A stretch of 61,506 nt of DNA, the filler included, from Sphacelaria rigidula (taxonomy: Eukaryota), in NCBI GenBank assembly GCA_964200075.2. It is 6 parts of 6 records of this genome, joined end to end, with 100 filler letters (N's around TTAATTAATTAA, not from the genome) between each part and the next. Parts side by side here need not be neighbours in the genome. Positions count along the whole stretch, not along the records: positions 30,807 to 40,974 come from CAXNAA020006998.1; positions 41,075 to 51,240 come from CAXNAA020006999.1; 4 more parts are not named here. One strand, given 5' to 3'. Shown here one piece after another: positions 33,801 to 46,300 of this stretch; position 1 is the stretch's first letter, and every line of letters begins with the position of its first letter. The notes under the pieces are model-generated. The model had not been told where the DNA came from and made no database searches. It worked only from the letters and a program-made list of their open reading frames with translations. A program made the translations under genes and the position numbers.

Positions 33801-36366
33801 CCCCCGCCCCCTGGTGATGAATTACGGACGTCAAACACGCATCGCTTGAGCGTTGTACATGATGTTACGCACGGTGGATATACTTGGGTTCGATACTGAG
33901 CGCACTTTTACCTACACACGAGGAATGTAACGAAATTCATCGGGGTAAGCCCTTAGCGTCAGAGTCGAAAAAGCAAGCGAAGACTTCCTGTAGGTCTGTC
34001 CTCCGTTGGTTATTGTCGGTATCAATATCGATGTTACTAGGTGGTGGGTCGAGCGGTACGGGGTGCAAGGGTTTTGGCGATAGGGCGTCCTCATCCACCT
34101 GTCCTGAAGATATTCAAAGATCGCGAGTTCGCGTTTTAATGAATGAACCACAATGATTGCCACTCCTCATGATTTCACAAGATCGTAACTAGCACTGTGT
34201 GGCTCCCCTGGATGCCGACTTCCGTTTCTCTATCATTTGATCAAAACATGCACACGAACACAGTCGGCAACCTCGAGGGAGGCCGCACGCAAAGCGGCGG
34301 CCGAACGTGCCGAAGCCCGCACCAAGGCAGCCGAAGCAAACTCACTACTGCCCAGAAACTGGAAATGGCGATCCAGCACGGCTAAACGGAGCAGTTCATG
34401 GCAGTGGGGTACAACCAAAGCTACCAGCGACGGAGACGATCGACCGACCACAGAGGGTCGCCAATCGCAGCCGGCGGATGCGGGGGAGCCACAAAAAGGA
34501 GAGCACGAGGCGTCGCCGAATAATAGTGGGGTGGTGCGGGGTAGTGTGGCGGCGGTAGAGTTGGCTCCGTCGGGAGCAGGGGACGCCCAAAAAAGCGCAT
34601 CTTGCGATGATGATGGGTGTGAGTCGTGCGAAGAGGCCGGAGATGAGTATGAAGCTGTCAAAGGTAGTGAAGTTGGCTCCAGCGGAAAAGAAACGCTTCG
34701 GATCGGCTCTAGTCCTGAGGAGGCTGCACCGCTTCCGCTCAGCGCTCGAATGCGTTCCAGCTTTAGTGGATTTTTCTCTGGGTTTGGGTCAACAACAGCC
34801 TTTAACACAGGCAATGGACATGCAGACAGTAGTTCCGCCTCGGACAATGATGACGATAGTACGACGCAGCAGGTGTTGGAGCCCCCAGACACGAAAGCAA
34901 CGGAGGGAGTAAAGGCTGAAGCGGAGGGACCGATGCAGGAACGATATAGTGCGGGGCAGTCCTCCAGTGGCGAGGTGAAGGATGATATCGACAACCCACC
35001 CGGCAGCTCAAGGAAGCTACGCTTGAGCGACTTTTTCTCGGGGTTCGGGTCAGCGCTCGGTGACTCTGCTATCAGCGCCAATAATAGCGACTCGAGCAAT
35101 GGCAGTGCACTCGGAACAGAGGAACGACGACCACCACTTGAGTCGGCGACAGGCGATGAGCAAAACTCAGACAAGATGAAATCCAGCAATGAGATCTCGC
35201 CGCACGTCATGGGTCCAGGTGCGCCGGGTGCCGGTGCGGATGGGGTTGCGGGTGCTGGGAATGGTGTAGCTAGTGCTGCCGGTTTGCCTCGTCGCGATAG
35301 CACCAGGAGGCTGTCCGGCTTCGGCGGTTTTTTCTCGGGGTTCGGTGTAGGCGATGGCCACGATAGAGATCGTGCGGCCGAGAAGCGACACCCGGTAACA
35401 GCGACGCCGACCGAAGAGGCGGCGAGCGTTACGGCATTGCGGGTTGATTCGCGGGATAATTCAATTACTATGTCGACGTCCGAGGCTGCCGCAACTTCGC
35501 CTGTTCGAGGAGCCGTCGGCACTGACAACGAATGTGGTTCTTGCGATGGTGGCAGGCGCAAGTCTTTCGAGAAGGAGAACGCGGGTGCCGTGTGTACACC
35601 TGAACCAACGGATATCGTCAAACAACCATCAGCAAGGGTTGGACGACACGTGCGGGCTTGTAGCGGCGATGGTATAGGCCGCGGCGGGGAAACGACATCC
35701 AGTGGGGGGCAACGTCGGTCGAGCGAGGGCAGGCAAGGCCCGTCTCCATTCCTCAGCGCAAGGAAGTTGGGTGGCTTCGGCGGTTTGTTTTCGGGGTTCG
35801 GGTTGGCAGCCGATGCCAGTGAAATCGTGAACGATAGAGGTGATCCCTCCATGACCGTTGATGCTGACGGTGCTGCTATTGCTTCTTCTGATGCTGCAGG
35901 GCTTGCTGCCTCTGCCGGTACTGCCGGTGGTCCTAACGTGTCAGCATATCGTGGAGCTGGGATCCAAGGCGACAGAAAGCACACGTCGGAATCTGCGACT
36001 TCTTCTGGCAGGGGGAAAAACGCAGACGGTGTCACTGTTTTTGGTGGTGTTGTTGGTGATGGTGAAAATAGTTTTGATCCGTCCCCCGCCTCAATATGTA
36101 TTATCAGCAACGATGGCGCAAGCGTGCGAGGAGGACTAGTCGAGCGGGGCAATGATGAGGACAGCGACCGTGATGGCGCTGTCGCCGACGTGCGTGGGGA
36201 ACATGTTGCGCGTAGTGGTGTTGATCGGCGAGGGAGCACGAATGAGGGCGGGAGTGTGTGGAGTGGTATCAGGACATTGTTTAAGAACGAAAGAGCGGGA
36301 GCGTTTGAAGCGCGGAGTGATAGGGAGAGGGGGAAGACACGAAGAAAGATCTTGAAGAAGCAATAG
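30874..36366 (+). CDS. 3' part of a gene (exons 30874-31090 and 34264-36366) encoding a long disordered protein with four GFFSGFG-type motifs
   Basis: tttcag|30874...GTG|gtatgt (phase 0) joins in frame to acacag|34264, giving ...AEVKAALAVV|SATSREAARKAAAERAEARTKAAEAN.... The last exon is ~700 codons ending KILKKQ*. The 5' exons are outside the contig. Confidence 0.75.
32655..32955 (+). mobile_element. 3' fragment of retroelement family A, followed by (CCCA)n
   Basis: Homologous to 17500-17790; ends catgagtcccccccc. Confidence 0.8.
32980..33811 (+). mobile_element. 5'-truncated, decayed LINE (family B): ORF2 C-terminal region and 3' end, intronic
   Basis: Translation ...GIGMKAYLHGPMDAAKNMKLRLRVGDQDLPGRRKRY...SCGNGIKS...VECKLYKEERDVL shows a degenerate C-terminal zinc knuckle and resembles an abundant brown algal LINE (recalled, not searched). 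Frameshifted; ends in a C-rich tail shared with short copies elsewhere. Confidence 0.8.
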
Positions 36367-37622
36367 AACAGTAATGGCAGCAGCAGCAGAAGGGGTGATG
36401 ACGGTGGTGGTGATGACCTTTGGTTTTGTCAATATTACATCACTTCGGATTCACAAAATTATCTATTTTTTTCATCATTTTTTTCATCAATTTTTTCATC
36501 GATGGAGTAGTTATCTTGTATGACGAGGTCCGCTGCGAATTTAGCTGCGTAGTTGATTGTGTAGCATTATACGGATGGGTACGTTCGCGGTTATGTGTGT
36601 AGAGTCGCTCATCTGTGGCGTCAAGTTGAGCCGTGATCACTTACTGTTTTCCCCAATTTGAATCACCATTCGTTTGCTAATGATCTCGTCGTTCTATCTC
36701 CCTGTTTTAGGTATGCGGTCAACCTCCGTTACTTCAGTTTCCCCCATTTTGAAATTACATCGTGTTCATGGTTGCCGATTCTGTATTATGCGTGTAAAGT
36801 TTACCCTTCCGTTCGCCGCGTGGGTGGATTTTTATGTTGGTCGGCTGGAACAAGTAGATACCACGTAGACAACATTGAGTGTAGTTAGCTTCATTAGCTG
36901 ATTGAATTTCCAGGAGTTTCATTTGCAATATATATTTTTTGTTTCCAGTTTTTAACCTCCACAGCCCGGCAGCGTTCCCTTCAATCCTGTAGACGCGTAG
37001 CAAGCCCCAATCAGTTCGTCATATCTTCTGCGCCATAGCATCGGAGCTGTCAATTCTTGGCAAAAACAGAGCGCGAGTCAGAGTGCTGTGACTTGAAGGG
37101 AGAAAACCCCCCATAAAAGGACAAATTACGGTAGCTAGCTGCAGTCGGGTGCCCCAAAAGTAATAAAAACAGTGGCTTGACGTACCTGATGGGCGAGTGA
37201 CCCGCGCACAGCACAAGGTTCAACGGCCGTCCTGGTATTGTTCGGGGTCTCACCTTGATTGGTTTTTGTACCAATCTCCTCGCTAATTACACCCAGGATT
37301 TATCCGAGAAACACGAAGAACTGTGACGATGAATACCATATTGGCACAAGGAGATGTGACGAAAACAACAACGGCTGCCAGAAACAACGGAAATCTTTAT
37401 AAAATGAGGTTCAAGCCCAAAACAGTGCTTTTCCCACACTGGCAGCGATGATGCCCAATGATTTTTTTCCTCGGCCCAATGCCTCTCGATCACGTGAATA
37501 CTTTTTCAGCACATTTTACCGACTTTGTGAGCTTACAGCACTAACCGACGTCCTCATTTTCCCTGAATTTTGAAGGGGTGATACAATCAAAAGCTGGGGT
37601 GATATGGGGGCATGGGTGTATG

Positions 37623-39108
37623 AGATGAAACACTCATGTAGACATTCTTGGTATGCGGGGTGAAAAAAGATACCTCGTGTGGGTGACTTGACTCTTGCTG
37701 GCGTGGCCGAAATGGGGGCTGAGATCCTGCAATTGAGCTTCTCTGCTGTCAACCGGTCACATGCAAATGGTGTGTGTGTCAGGGGGTGTCTGTCGCACAA
37801 GAATGTTATGTGAGGAGAGTCATCCGAAACTGAGGTGAGATATGGTTAGGAGCAGGGATGTCCTATGATTAAGCACACACGCGGCCATTTGGCTACCCCC
37901 CAAAATGCTTCCGAAGGGATGCGCGGCCCTCCAGAGGTAAAAACTAGCCTCCGGAGACCTTTAATCCCTCTGGAGGAAACAAAAAAATCTCCTCTGGAGG
38001 GCCCCGTACCTCTCCGGATGCGTTTAATTCCTCTGGAGACTTGAAACGTTTACCCACCTGGAGGAATTTTGGGGGTAGCCAAATGGCCGCGTGTGCACCA
38101 GCGATTGCATTCCTGACCCGCGCCTTCAAGCGCTGACCAGGAAGGTCTTGCCTGAGAATAGCTTTCAAGCAACGGCAGTAGTGGGCGATCGGTTCAGCCC
38201 GGAATAGTACTGCAATTTCGTCGTTGCATGTACTGACTGTCTGTAGCAATTCGCTTGTACAAGCCTTGTGAGCGAGAAAGGTTATACTAGGATCTCGATC
38301 GGTTGAATCAAAACGGCTCTCGTAAGCTGAGGGAAAGTGCCGGAGTTGGGTTGGGTCAGCCGTTCGAGGATACATTCAAACATACTTCACCAAACGCTTC
38401 TGGAATTTGCATCAAGCGATCAGTATAGAACCGAACTGGAGTGAACCCTTTCATGTTCGAAATTGAATTTTTCTCCTAGAAAACGCTTTGTGATTTTCAA
38501 AAGTGGTTTTCATGTGGAAAAAACTCTCTCGGGGCCCGGCAATGTTTCTTGGAGCTTGCAAAAGCGGTAATATCGTTTTTTCATACCTGGCGGGAGGGGG
38601 GGGGAATGCGCATTCTATTCTGGCAGCTTGCGAGAGCCGTTTTGATTCAACCGATCGAGATTCTAGTATGATAACCCTTCTCACTCACAAGGCTTGTACA
38701 AGCGATTTGCTACAGGCAGCCAGTACATGCAGCGACGAAATTGCAGTAATATTCCGGGCTGAACCGACCGCTCACTATTACCGTTGCTTGATAGCTATTC
38801 TCAGGCAAGACCTTCCTGGTCAGCGCTTGAAGGCGCGGGTTAGGAATGCAATGGCAGGTGGTTAATCATAGGACATCCCTGCTCCTAACCATATCTCACC
38901 TCAGCTTCGGATGACTCTCCTCACATAACATTCTTGTGCGACAGACACCCCCCGACACACACACCATGCATATGACCGGTTGACAGCAGAGAAGCTCAAT
39001 TGCGGGATCTCAGCCCCCATTTCGGCCACGCCAGCAAGAGTTAAGTCACCCACACGAGGTATCTTTTTTCACTCCGCATACCAAGAAGGTCTACACGAGT
39101 GTTTCATC
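37623..39108. repeat. Large inverted repeat: left arm 37623-38329 (MITE-interrupted), spacer ~295 bp, right arm 38624-39108
   Basis: Arms are reverse complements over ~480 bp, roughly 90% identical by eye. The ORF track shows the same peptides on both strands (ESRFDSTDRD..., TAEKLNC.ISAPISATPARVKSPTRGIFF). Confidence 0.95.
37876..38095. mobile_element. 220-bp MITE with ~30-bp TIRs
   Basis: cacacgcggccatttggctaccccccaaaat ... attttgggggtagccaaatggccgcgtgtg, with internal ctctggagg/cctccagagg subrepeats. Absent from the other arm. TSD is CA (2 bp) or GCAC (4 bp) depending on the boundary chosen. Confidence 0.9.
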
Positions 39109-39600
39109 CCTCATGCATCTATCCCCCCGACTGGGATGTGGCCACATACAAGAGACGACAACCGGGGCATCCCGCGATTTTATTTCCGCGGCTGTGCTAC
39201 AATAACGCGCCTGCCCACTGTCGATATACCTCGAGTACACACTGGTTCGAGCAGCATCGACCGCTTAACCAAAGGGTAGAAGGCAGCTCGCCCACCTCCA
39301 GATGTCGAGATAGAAGTCGATCAAGCAGAGGTATGTGGATATCTTAGTATCACGTTGAATACCAGCGGCTTATAGAGAGGGAAAACACATACTGATCACA
39401 GAGGGGCGAGAGGTGTGGGAGTGCACCTTCATCGAACAGTGGATCCTAGAAAATGGGGGCCATCTCAAATATGAGGTTAAAGTTGCACTTCTTTTTTGCA
39501 GGGATGACGCGAAACACTTACGACCGACCGAGCGAAGCCATCTTCCCCCCCAAATATCCGCAGCAGTTAAACAGCTGTGGCTGGGTGCACCTAACAAATC
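38620..39600 (+). pseudogene. Possible decayed C-terminus of an RLE-type non-LTR retrotransposon
   Basis: Ordered fragments in shifting frames: RLKARVRNAMAGG*S*DIP, PHASIPPTGMWPHTRDD (knuckle/RHD-like), RPPPDVEIE..YVDILVS (PD..D-like), WILENGGHL. Motif resemblance only. Confidence 0.3.
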
Positions 39601-40974
39601 CGGTGTACACGCGTGTCGATGACGATATCACCAGAGAGAGAAGCAACGACAGAGAGGAAGCTCCTCGCCCGTGCCCTTTGTGTGTCCTCGCTCGGCGATT
39701 ACCAAACTCTCGAGAGACTGGCATCATCGATGTTACCAGCATGTGCCCAACTCTCCATGTGCCGAAACATCGAGCTGCGGAGAAATTTCCTCTAGGCTTA
39801 CAGTCCCCTGTCGAGCTCACGAATGCGAAGATCGAATTCTCTCTGTCTTTCCTTTTGGACAGGACGTGTCTCTGTGCGCTGAAACACTTGTCGTTGAAGA
39901 AAAGGGCAACGCTCCCGCCACCGCTACTACTGTTCTCTGTCACACACATGCCAGCAAGGGCGGTGGTACGGCTATAAAAAATAGATTCGATTTGAACTTG
40001 GGGAGTGTTAGTCATCATTGAGTTCACCCACATCTGACCCTCTGGGTGCCCGATGAGAACAGCCTGACACACGCCAGTTGAGGGGGGTGTATGAGCGATC
40101 AAACACTTGTAGAGATATTTTTGACATGCGGAGTGAAAACCGATACGTATGAGGGTGACCTAACTGTTGCTAGTGTGGCGCATAGGAGTCCGTCCATGCT
40201 GCAATCTGGAGCAGACGCTGGTCGCATGAACACCTAACTCGGTACAGTACCAGTAGCTTTCCAGAATTAATTCCGATGTGAGGAGGTCATGCATTACAAG
40301 CTGGGACCAGGGTGCTCTCCGTTTAACCACTTGTCGTTGCATTTGAGACTCACGCCATCATGTGGAAGTATAAGCAATTACCGCAAGCAGTAACGCCGTA
40401 TACGCCTAACGCAAGCAAGCCACGCCCCTGAGGGGTGTAGACAGGCGGTCCTGTTTCCGACTTGCTAATCCAAACTGCTGTTTCACTCCCTCAAGACAAC
40501 AGCCCGGCTGTCTAAGTGGGAATAGCTCCACAGCCAGCAAACAAGTAACAATAGTGAATAAGGGTGATAGTACAGCACAGCTAAGACTCACGTCAATAAG
40601 GCTGTGGACTCGCGACACTGAAGACAGGAGATCGGTAGGAAGCTGATGAGCAAAGCTTTTCTTTATATCCAATTAGGCCTGAAGACTGTAGTCGAGGTTT
40701 TCGAGTGGGACAGGGGGGTAGGGCAGCTGCCCATACATCCGTCTGCCCTGCTTACAATCTTGTCATAATACAACATCACCGTGATGCGCCGTACCTTTAG
40801 GTAATCAAGGCTGTAATAGCGACAGGTACACGCGGCTAATCGGGTACAATCCTTTTGCCTTCAACCCGCGGCGGCAATTATACAGGGATCGAATCCTGTC
40901 TTACAAACACACATTCGACTAGAATCCTTCCATACCCGCTGGTCGTTTCTGGGGACCATCTGCATATCCACAAG

Positions 40975-41074
40975 NNNNNNNNNNNNNNNNNNNNNNNNNN
41001 NNNNNNNNNNNNNNNNNNTTAATTAATTAANNNNNNNNNNNNNNNNNNNNNNNNNNNNNNNNNNNNNNNNNNNN
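40975..41074. other. Artificial contig spacer
   Basis: N44-TTAATTAATTAA-N44. Confidence 0.98.
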
Positions 41075-41610
41075 AAGCCCGGCGTGCTCCGTCCCGGGTT
41101 TGTAGGGAGGCGAGGTCAAAGGTCTGATGACTATGGCAGGCATGATCATGAGTACCCCCCCCCCCGTGCTCCGTCTCGAAAGGGATGTGTGGTCAATGGT
41201 CAATCGACTAAGGCACGCAACACATGAGAACGCCCCCGGTTCGAACAGCCTCAGTAAGATGCAGCTCACCCCTCATGCGACTCGCGGAACACACCACGGC
41301 GCCTCGTGCTTGGTAATTTGAGTGCGAGCCTGTTCCGGCGAAAACCCGGCGCGCTCCTCCCCGGCTTCGCAGGGATGCGGGGTCAATGGTCTTCCGACTG
41401 TGGCATGCATGATCATGAATACACCCCCCCTTGCTCCGTCTCGAAAGGGGTACTTGGTCAATGGTCAAACGACTAGGGCAAGCAACAAATGAGTACGCCC
41501 CCCCCCCCACCCGGCGTGCGCCGTCCCGGCTTTTGAGGGATGCGACATCAAAGATGTTTAAGACTATTATGGCATGCAAGATCATGAGTGCAACCCTCCC
41601 TGCTCCCCCA
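41075..41610 (+). mobile_element. Head-to-tail stack of five retroelement 3' ends (A-B-A-B-A)
   Basis: A 41075-41165, B 41166-41237, A ~41240-41430, B 41431-41508, A 41510-41610. Each ends atgag/aata..+ C-tract. Confidence 0.85.
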
Positions 41611-43303
41611 TGTGTTGGTCGGTCTGCTGTTCAATTTTTGATGGATGAGCATCGCTGTTCAAATATACCTTGAAAAAGATGTAGATGGCCGTCGTGTTTT
41701 ATTCTATTATCCGGCTAAGACGTGAACCGTTTCACAGCAGGGTAGGTGACCAGCCTGGCATGTCCACACTATGCTCCGGGATTACTTACTCCTGGTACAG
41801 TGCGATTACTCGCTACCAGTACAGCGAATAACACGGAGACCCTCACTGCATCTCACTACTATCACCCAGCGCTCTCAATAAAGCGAGCTCCCGCCATCTC
41901 GTGTGGCAGAAGTAGGACATGTACCATTCCACGCTGCAAAAGGGAAGTTGTGCAGTGTTCCCTCTCAATACCATGAAGTCGGTATTTGGGGTGATTGAGC
42001 ATCCAAATGCAGCGCACCTGACTTGTAATTTTATGCGTTGACGCAACAGTACCGGCGACCCAAGGCGTTTTGTGCGCTGCGTGGATTGAGAAGATGAGAT
42101 GGTATGCCCAGCGGTGGCACTCTTTTCGAAACATGTTTCAGTTTCGAATGTCAACTATGGAGGATAACCTATAAACCCGGCGCAGAGGTAACGGCAGATC
42201 TTGGCGTCACCGTTGTCCATCAAGGCCCGCGTGTCGGTCGACGCTCGCGGAACCGCAGATGACGAGCACCATTCAGGCTTTGTCATACAGTTGAGGTTGC
42301 TGCCCTTGCGGTTTATGCGCAGTCTCGCGCAAGACGTGGCCGTACAGTCTGAGTCCAAGACATCATGTGTCTTCCACCAAGAGCCGCTGTAAGTACGCAA
42401 CCTCTGGACAGGAAGCCTGAACGTTTTGATGGCGACGGGGGGCGGTCGCTGTTCTCTTTTTTTTTTTTTATCAAAATCGATCTCCGGTTTTTGTGGTCAT
42501 GGCTCTCACGTCAATGTCTCGTGCTCCCCCCTCCCCCCACATGGATGCACTTGACAGACGTTTTGTCCGAGTTATTTTCAGGATGCAGCAGAGAACAATC
42601 CGTAATTTTGACGGGTGGGTCGCGGGCAATCCAATACTGCTGAGGTGTGGTTCGCGTCTTATAGCCAGTACCGTACTGCCGGCTCGGAGCATACCTTGCC
42701 AACTTTGTACTTCAGATACGAGCGAACACAAGAATTCTGATGTTGAGTGCCTCGTTCCTCAGCAGTTACATAAATCCCTTGGCATCCGGACGGCTCAGCC
42801 ATGGGTGTCCTTTTTATCGCCAGCTTTGCGTGCTGGTGTGGACATATCTCTTCCAATGGCGTGTGCCCCTTCTAATCTCCGCAACTTCACGTCACAAAGC
42901 ATGACCATTTTAAATTCAGTTAACTGCTTCGATGATGTTGAAACGGAAAAAAAATCGCGGTGTACATTCAGTTTTCTTTCTCACAATTCTGAAAATGTTA
43001 CGCCGTTGGAAATGATCCCGAGCACATCTGATCACGAGAGGGTCGATCATGAATATTTATGTAAATATATACCTCGAGGCCGTCGGTGTCCCCCGATCCC
43101 TCACGCATGTATACACATTTTCATCACCTGTGGCATCTGCAGCAGTATTTTCAACCGGTGCATTTGTTTATTCATTCGCAGGCTCGCCTCACGTGTGTTT
43201 GTTGTATCCTGCTGCTTGCTCCGTTGGCTGCTGCTGCTTGCGGGTGTGCTGCTTTCCTGGTGTTGTGTGCGGCTCGGACGTTTTTCCCCATGTTTTTCGA
43301 CAG

Positions 43304-46300
43304 AGGGTTTGTGAAGTTGTGCAACGTCCTGCGCTTCACCCACGAAAACTGCGCACAGTACGGGAGTCGCATCGCAACGAAGTCCTTCAAGGATGGGGTG
43401 AGCTGGTGGCTATGTGTATACGATGAGCAAGTTTTTCCCCCTCTCTAGCGGAGAGATGGTTATATCTCAGTGTTGACAATACAGTTCCAGCAGCGCAATT
43501 TTTTTGCAGGCGGGTGGGCGGGCAGAGGTGGCAACCAACATGTCTCCGCAGATTCATTATTTTCATCTTACTCACGGCTTAATACGAGAAAATCAAGGAA
43601 GGGGAAATAAAAATGTGTATCCGCGAGCACTCCTGCCTCTCTCTCGCAACAAAAAATGGTGATATTTTGTTTCGTTACTTGATCAAAACGTGTCAGGACC
43701 CTTCGTTTTTCTTGTTGACTCTTGTTCGCGAAGGTTGCCGCGGCGATGGCCCTCTTGACAGAGAGCGATAACTGGGACCGGGAATTTGAAGCGAGGGCTC
43801 AGGTGTGTGTTTTGTGTATACGCGTTTAACCTCGATGGTTGGGGAGCGGGTGGATAGCTCGAGGGGGACAAGGAAGGAATTGGGGGGTGATTCGGCCCCT
43901 GCTTCCTCTCAGCACTGCACTTTCCTACTCTTTTTCCCTCCTGTCGTGCAAAAAGGGGAAGTGGTGAAGTTCGATAGCAGCACGCGTTTATGACGCAATA
44001 ATGAGGATATGTATACCGCTTGTTTTGAGCAGGGAGTGATCCTGTATGTTGTCCGTTTCTTTGAAGGAAAATGACGCCGTGATCAGCAGGTAAAGCCGTC
44101 GCATAGGGCGACCAAGTTCGCTATGGTACCATTTGTGGGGGTTTAGTCGTGGTCAATGTATGCCATTATTCGGTACGTGACGTCCTCGTGTGAATCGGGT
44201 GTCGGTCATCCCTCTAGGCACAGCCATTCCGTAACCATTCTCCCATTCGATCAAGTTCAGACGTCTTACCTGGCCGACTTTCCCAAGTCGCTCTCAACCT
44301 TGGTTTGTGCGTCAAATGGAACTCATCTCAACTCCGAGTAAAGGAGAAGATCCCCCGAAATCATGTTGCTCGTGAAGGATGCGGAATATTTTGACTGTTT
44401 TTCTAATCCAAATCCATCAAATAATCCAGGCGTGATGTCAATTCTGAGAGACGAGCGTCCGTCTCACATGATTTTCATCATTCTTGGGAACCGAAAGGGG
44501 TTGCTTAATCGAAACAATTTTTTTTTCCCCTTTTTTTTTTCCATTTTTTTTGTCACCTAAAATCCCCCCCAGACCCCCCCCCCCCCCCCTCTTTTTTCGT
44601 CCAGTGATCCACGAGCGAACTGATACCATCTCCAGTCATCGTCATGGCGTTGCTCTATCCCCCAATCACCTGCTTTCGTGTGTTCGTTCGTACAGGACGC
44701 CGCGAACGGGGCAGTTATAGACGTGGGAGGAGGACCGCCTATTTCCGGCGGCGCCGGGAGCCCTTCGCAGGGTTCTGCCGATGACGGAGCTTGTGAAGTG
44801 AGTCACCGAAACAGTTGAGGTAAACGGAATGAACGCGCACTTGAATATAAGTTTATGCAATCTTGTTCACAGTAGCTCATAGATTTTGTCCCCTTTTTAT
44901 GGCGTTTTGATATTTTGGTGTGTGGTGACCGTTGTGATATTTTTAGCAAAACATACAAACACCCGCGAATACAGTTACTGTACTGTTGTCATGATCCGTT
45001 TTTTTTTTTTTTATAGATTCGATGTTTTTTGTGCTGTTGTTGTCGTTGTTGTTGTTGTGGTGGTGTCTGTGGTCGTTGTTATGGCCTTTGGTAATAGATG
45101 TGTGGAGACAACAACGAGGCCAAAGGGGACATCCTTCTGTGCGATTCTTGCGATGCGGAGTACCACCTGGCCTGCTGCACGCCGCCCCTGAAGGCGTGTC
45201 CTGAGGGGGAGTGGTTTTGCCTCACGTGTCGCGCAAAGCGAGGGGAGCCTGTCTCCGTACTCCTCGATCAGGTATAAATGCGATACAAAGGAGAACGTGG
45301 TGGTGGGGGGGGACAGGGTAGTGGTGTTACGTTACCATCGTGGTCCCTTCGTAGCGCGTTCCCTTGAGCAGATACGAAGGCCCCCTCATGGTGTGGTGGC
45401 GGGAAGGCGGGGGGCGGCGCATCGTTAACATATCCGCTTGTCACACATGCGACCTCGCAGTCGTTTCTCGCAATTATCTGTACTAGCTGTGTTGTGGGGT
45501 CCCATCAAGATTCAGCTGTAATGACCTGGAAACTGACAGCACTGCGGTGGTTGAGACGATTTTTACGAACTCCTTCCGGCGCTTTTGTTGGGGGGGGCAT
45601 GGGGCAGATATGAAAAGGTGGCGCGGGATGGGCTGACTCTCCGACAGAGAGGGATACAGCCGACTCCCGTTTGTCGTGGCGACTTTGCAGTAGCTCATCT
45701 CTTGTGCATGTTGTATCCCTGCGTCATCCCCCTCTCTGACAGGAACGAATGAAGAAGGAAGCGACGGCGAAGCAGCACGAGTGGCTGGGCAAGCCGCCCC
45801 TGCCGAACAAGGCGGGCAAGAAGCGAGCTGCGACAACGTCCACCCCTTCCCCCGTAAAAATCCACAAAAAAATCAAAGTCAACGGACCCTCCCCGACTCA
45901 TGTCAACAATACCACCACAGCACCGGCAGCAGCATTGGCGGCAGCTTCGACAGGGGACGGCAAGACCGGTACTGCTGCCGCCGCGTCGTCGGCCCCCGGG
46001 AAGTCAAACAGTAGCGCCACCGCTACCTCCGCCGCTCCCGCAACCAAGGCCGCTCCCGCAACCAAGGCCGCTCCCGCAACCAAGGCCCCTCCCGCGCCCC
46101 CCGCCGCCCCGGCCACTGGTAAGTCAGGCAGAGTTTTCCATGCTGGCGGCGTCGTAACCTCGGCCTCCGTCTCTCCCAACGCGGGGAGCGGTGTCGGCCG
46201 TGTTGTTGATTTAACGTCGTCGAATAGTGGCGCCGCACGCGCCGCAACAGCAGCGGGTGTCACCGCTGCTGCGGGCTCTGCCCCCGGCTCTACCGCGAGT

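Noticed and set aside
34233-36239. 668-aa minus-strand ORF
   Set aside because: Antisense shadow of the GC-rich plus-strand exon, which has splice support and meaningful motifs.
40300-40720. Reverse-transcriptase remnant on the minus strand (LDIKKSF..., EGVKQQFGL)
   Set aside because: Resemblance is too weak and there is no recognisable YxDD; needs a profile search.
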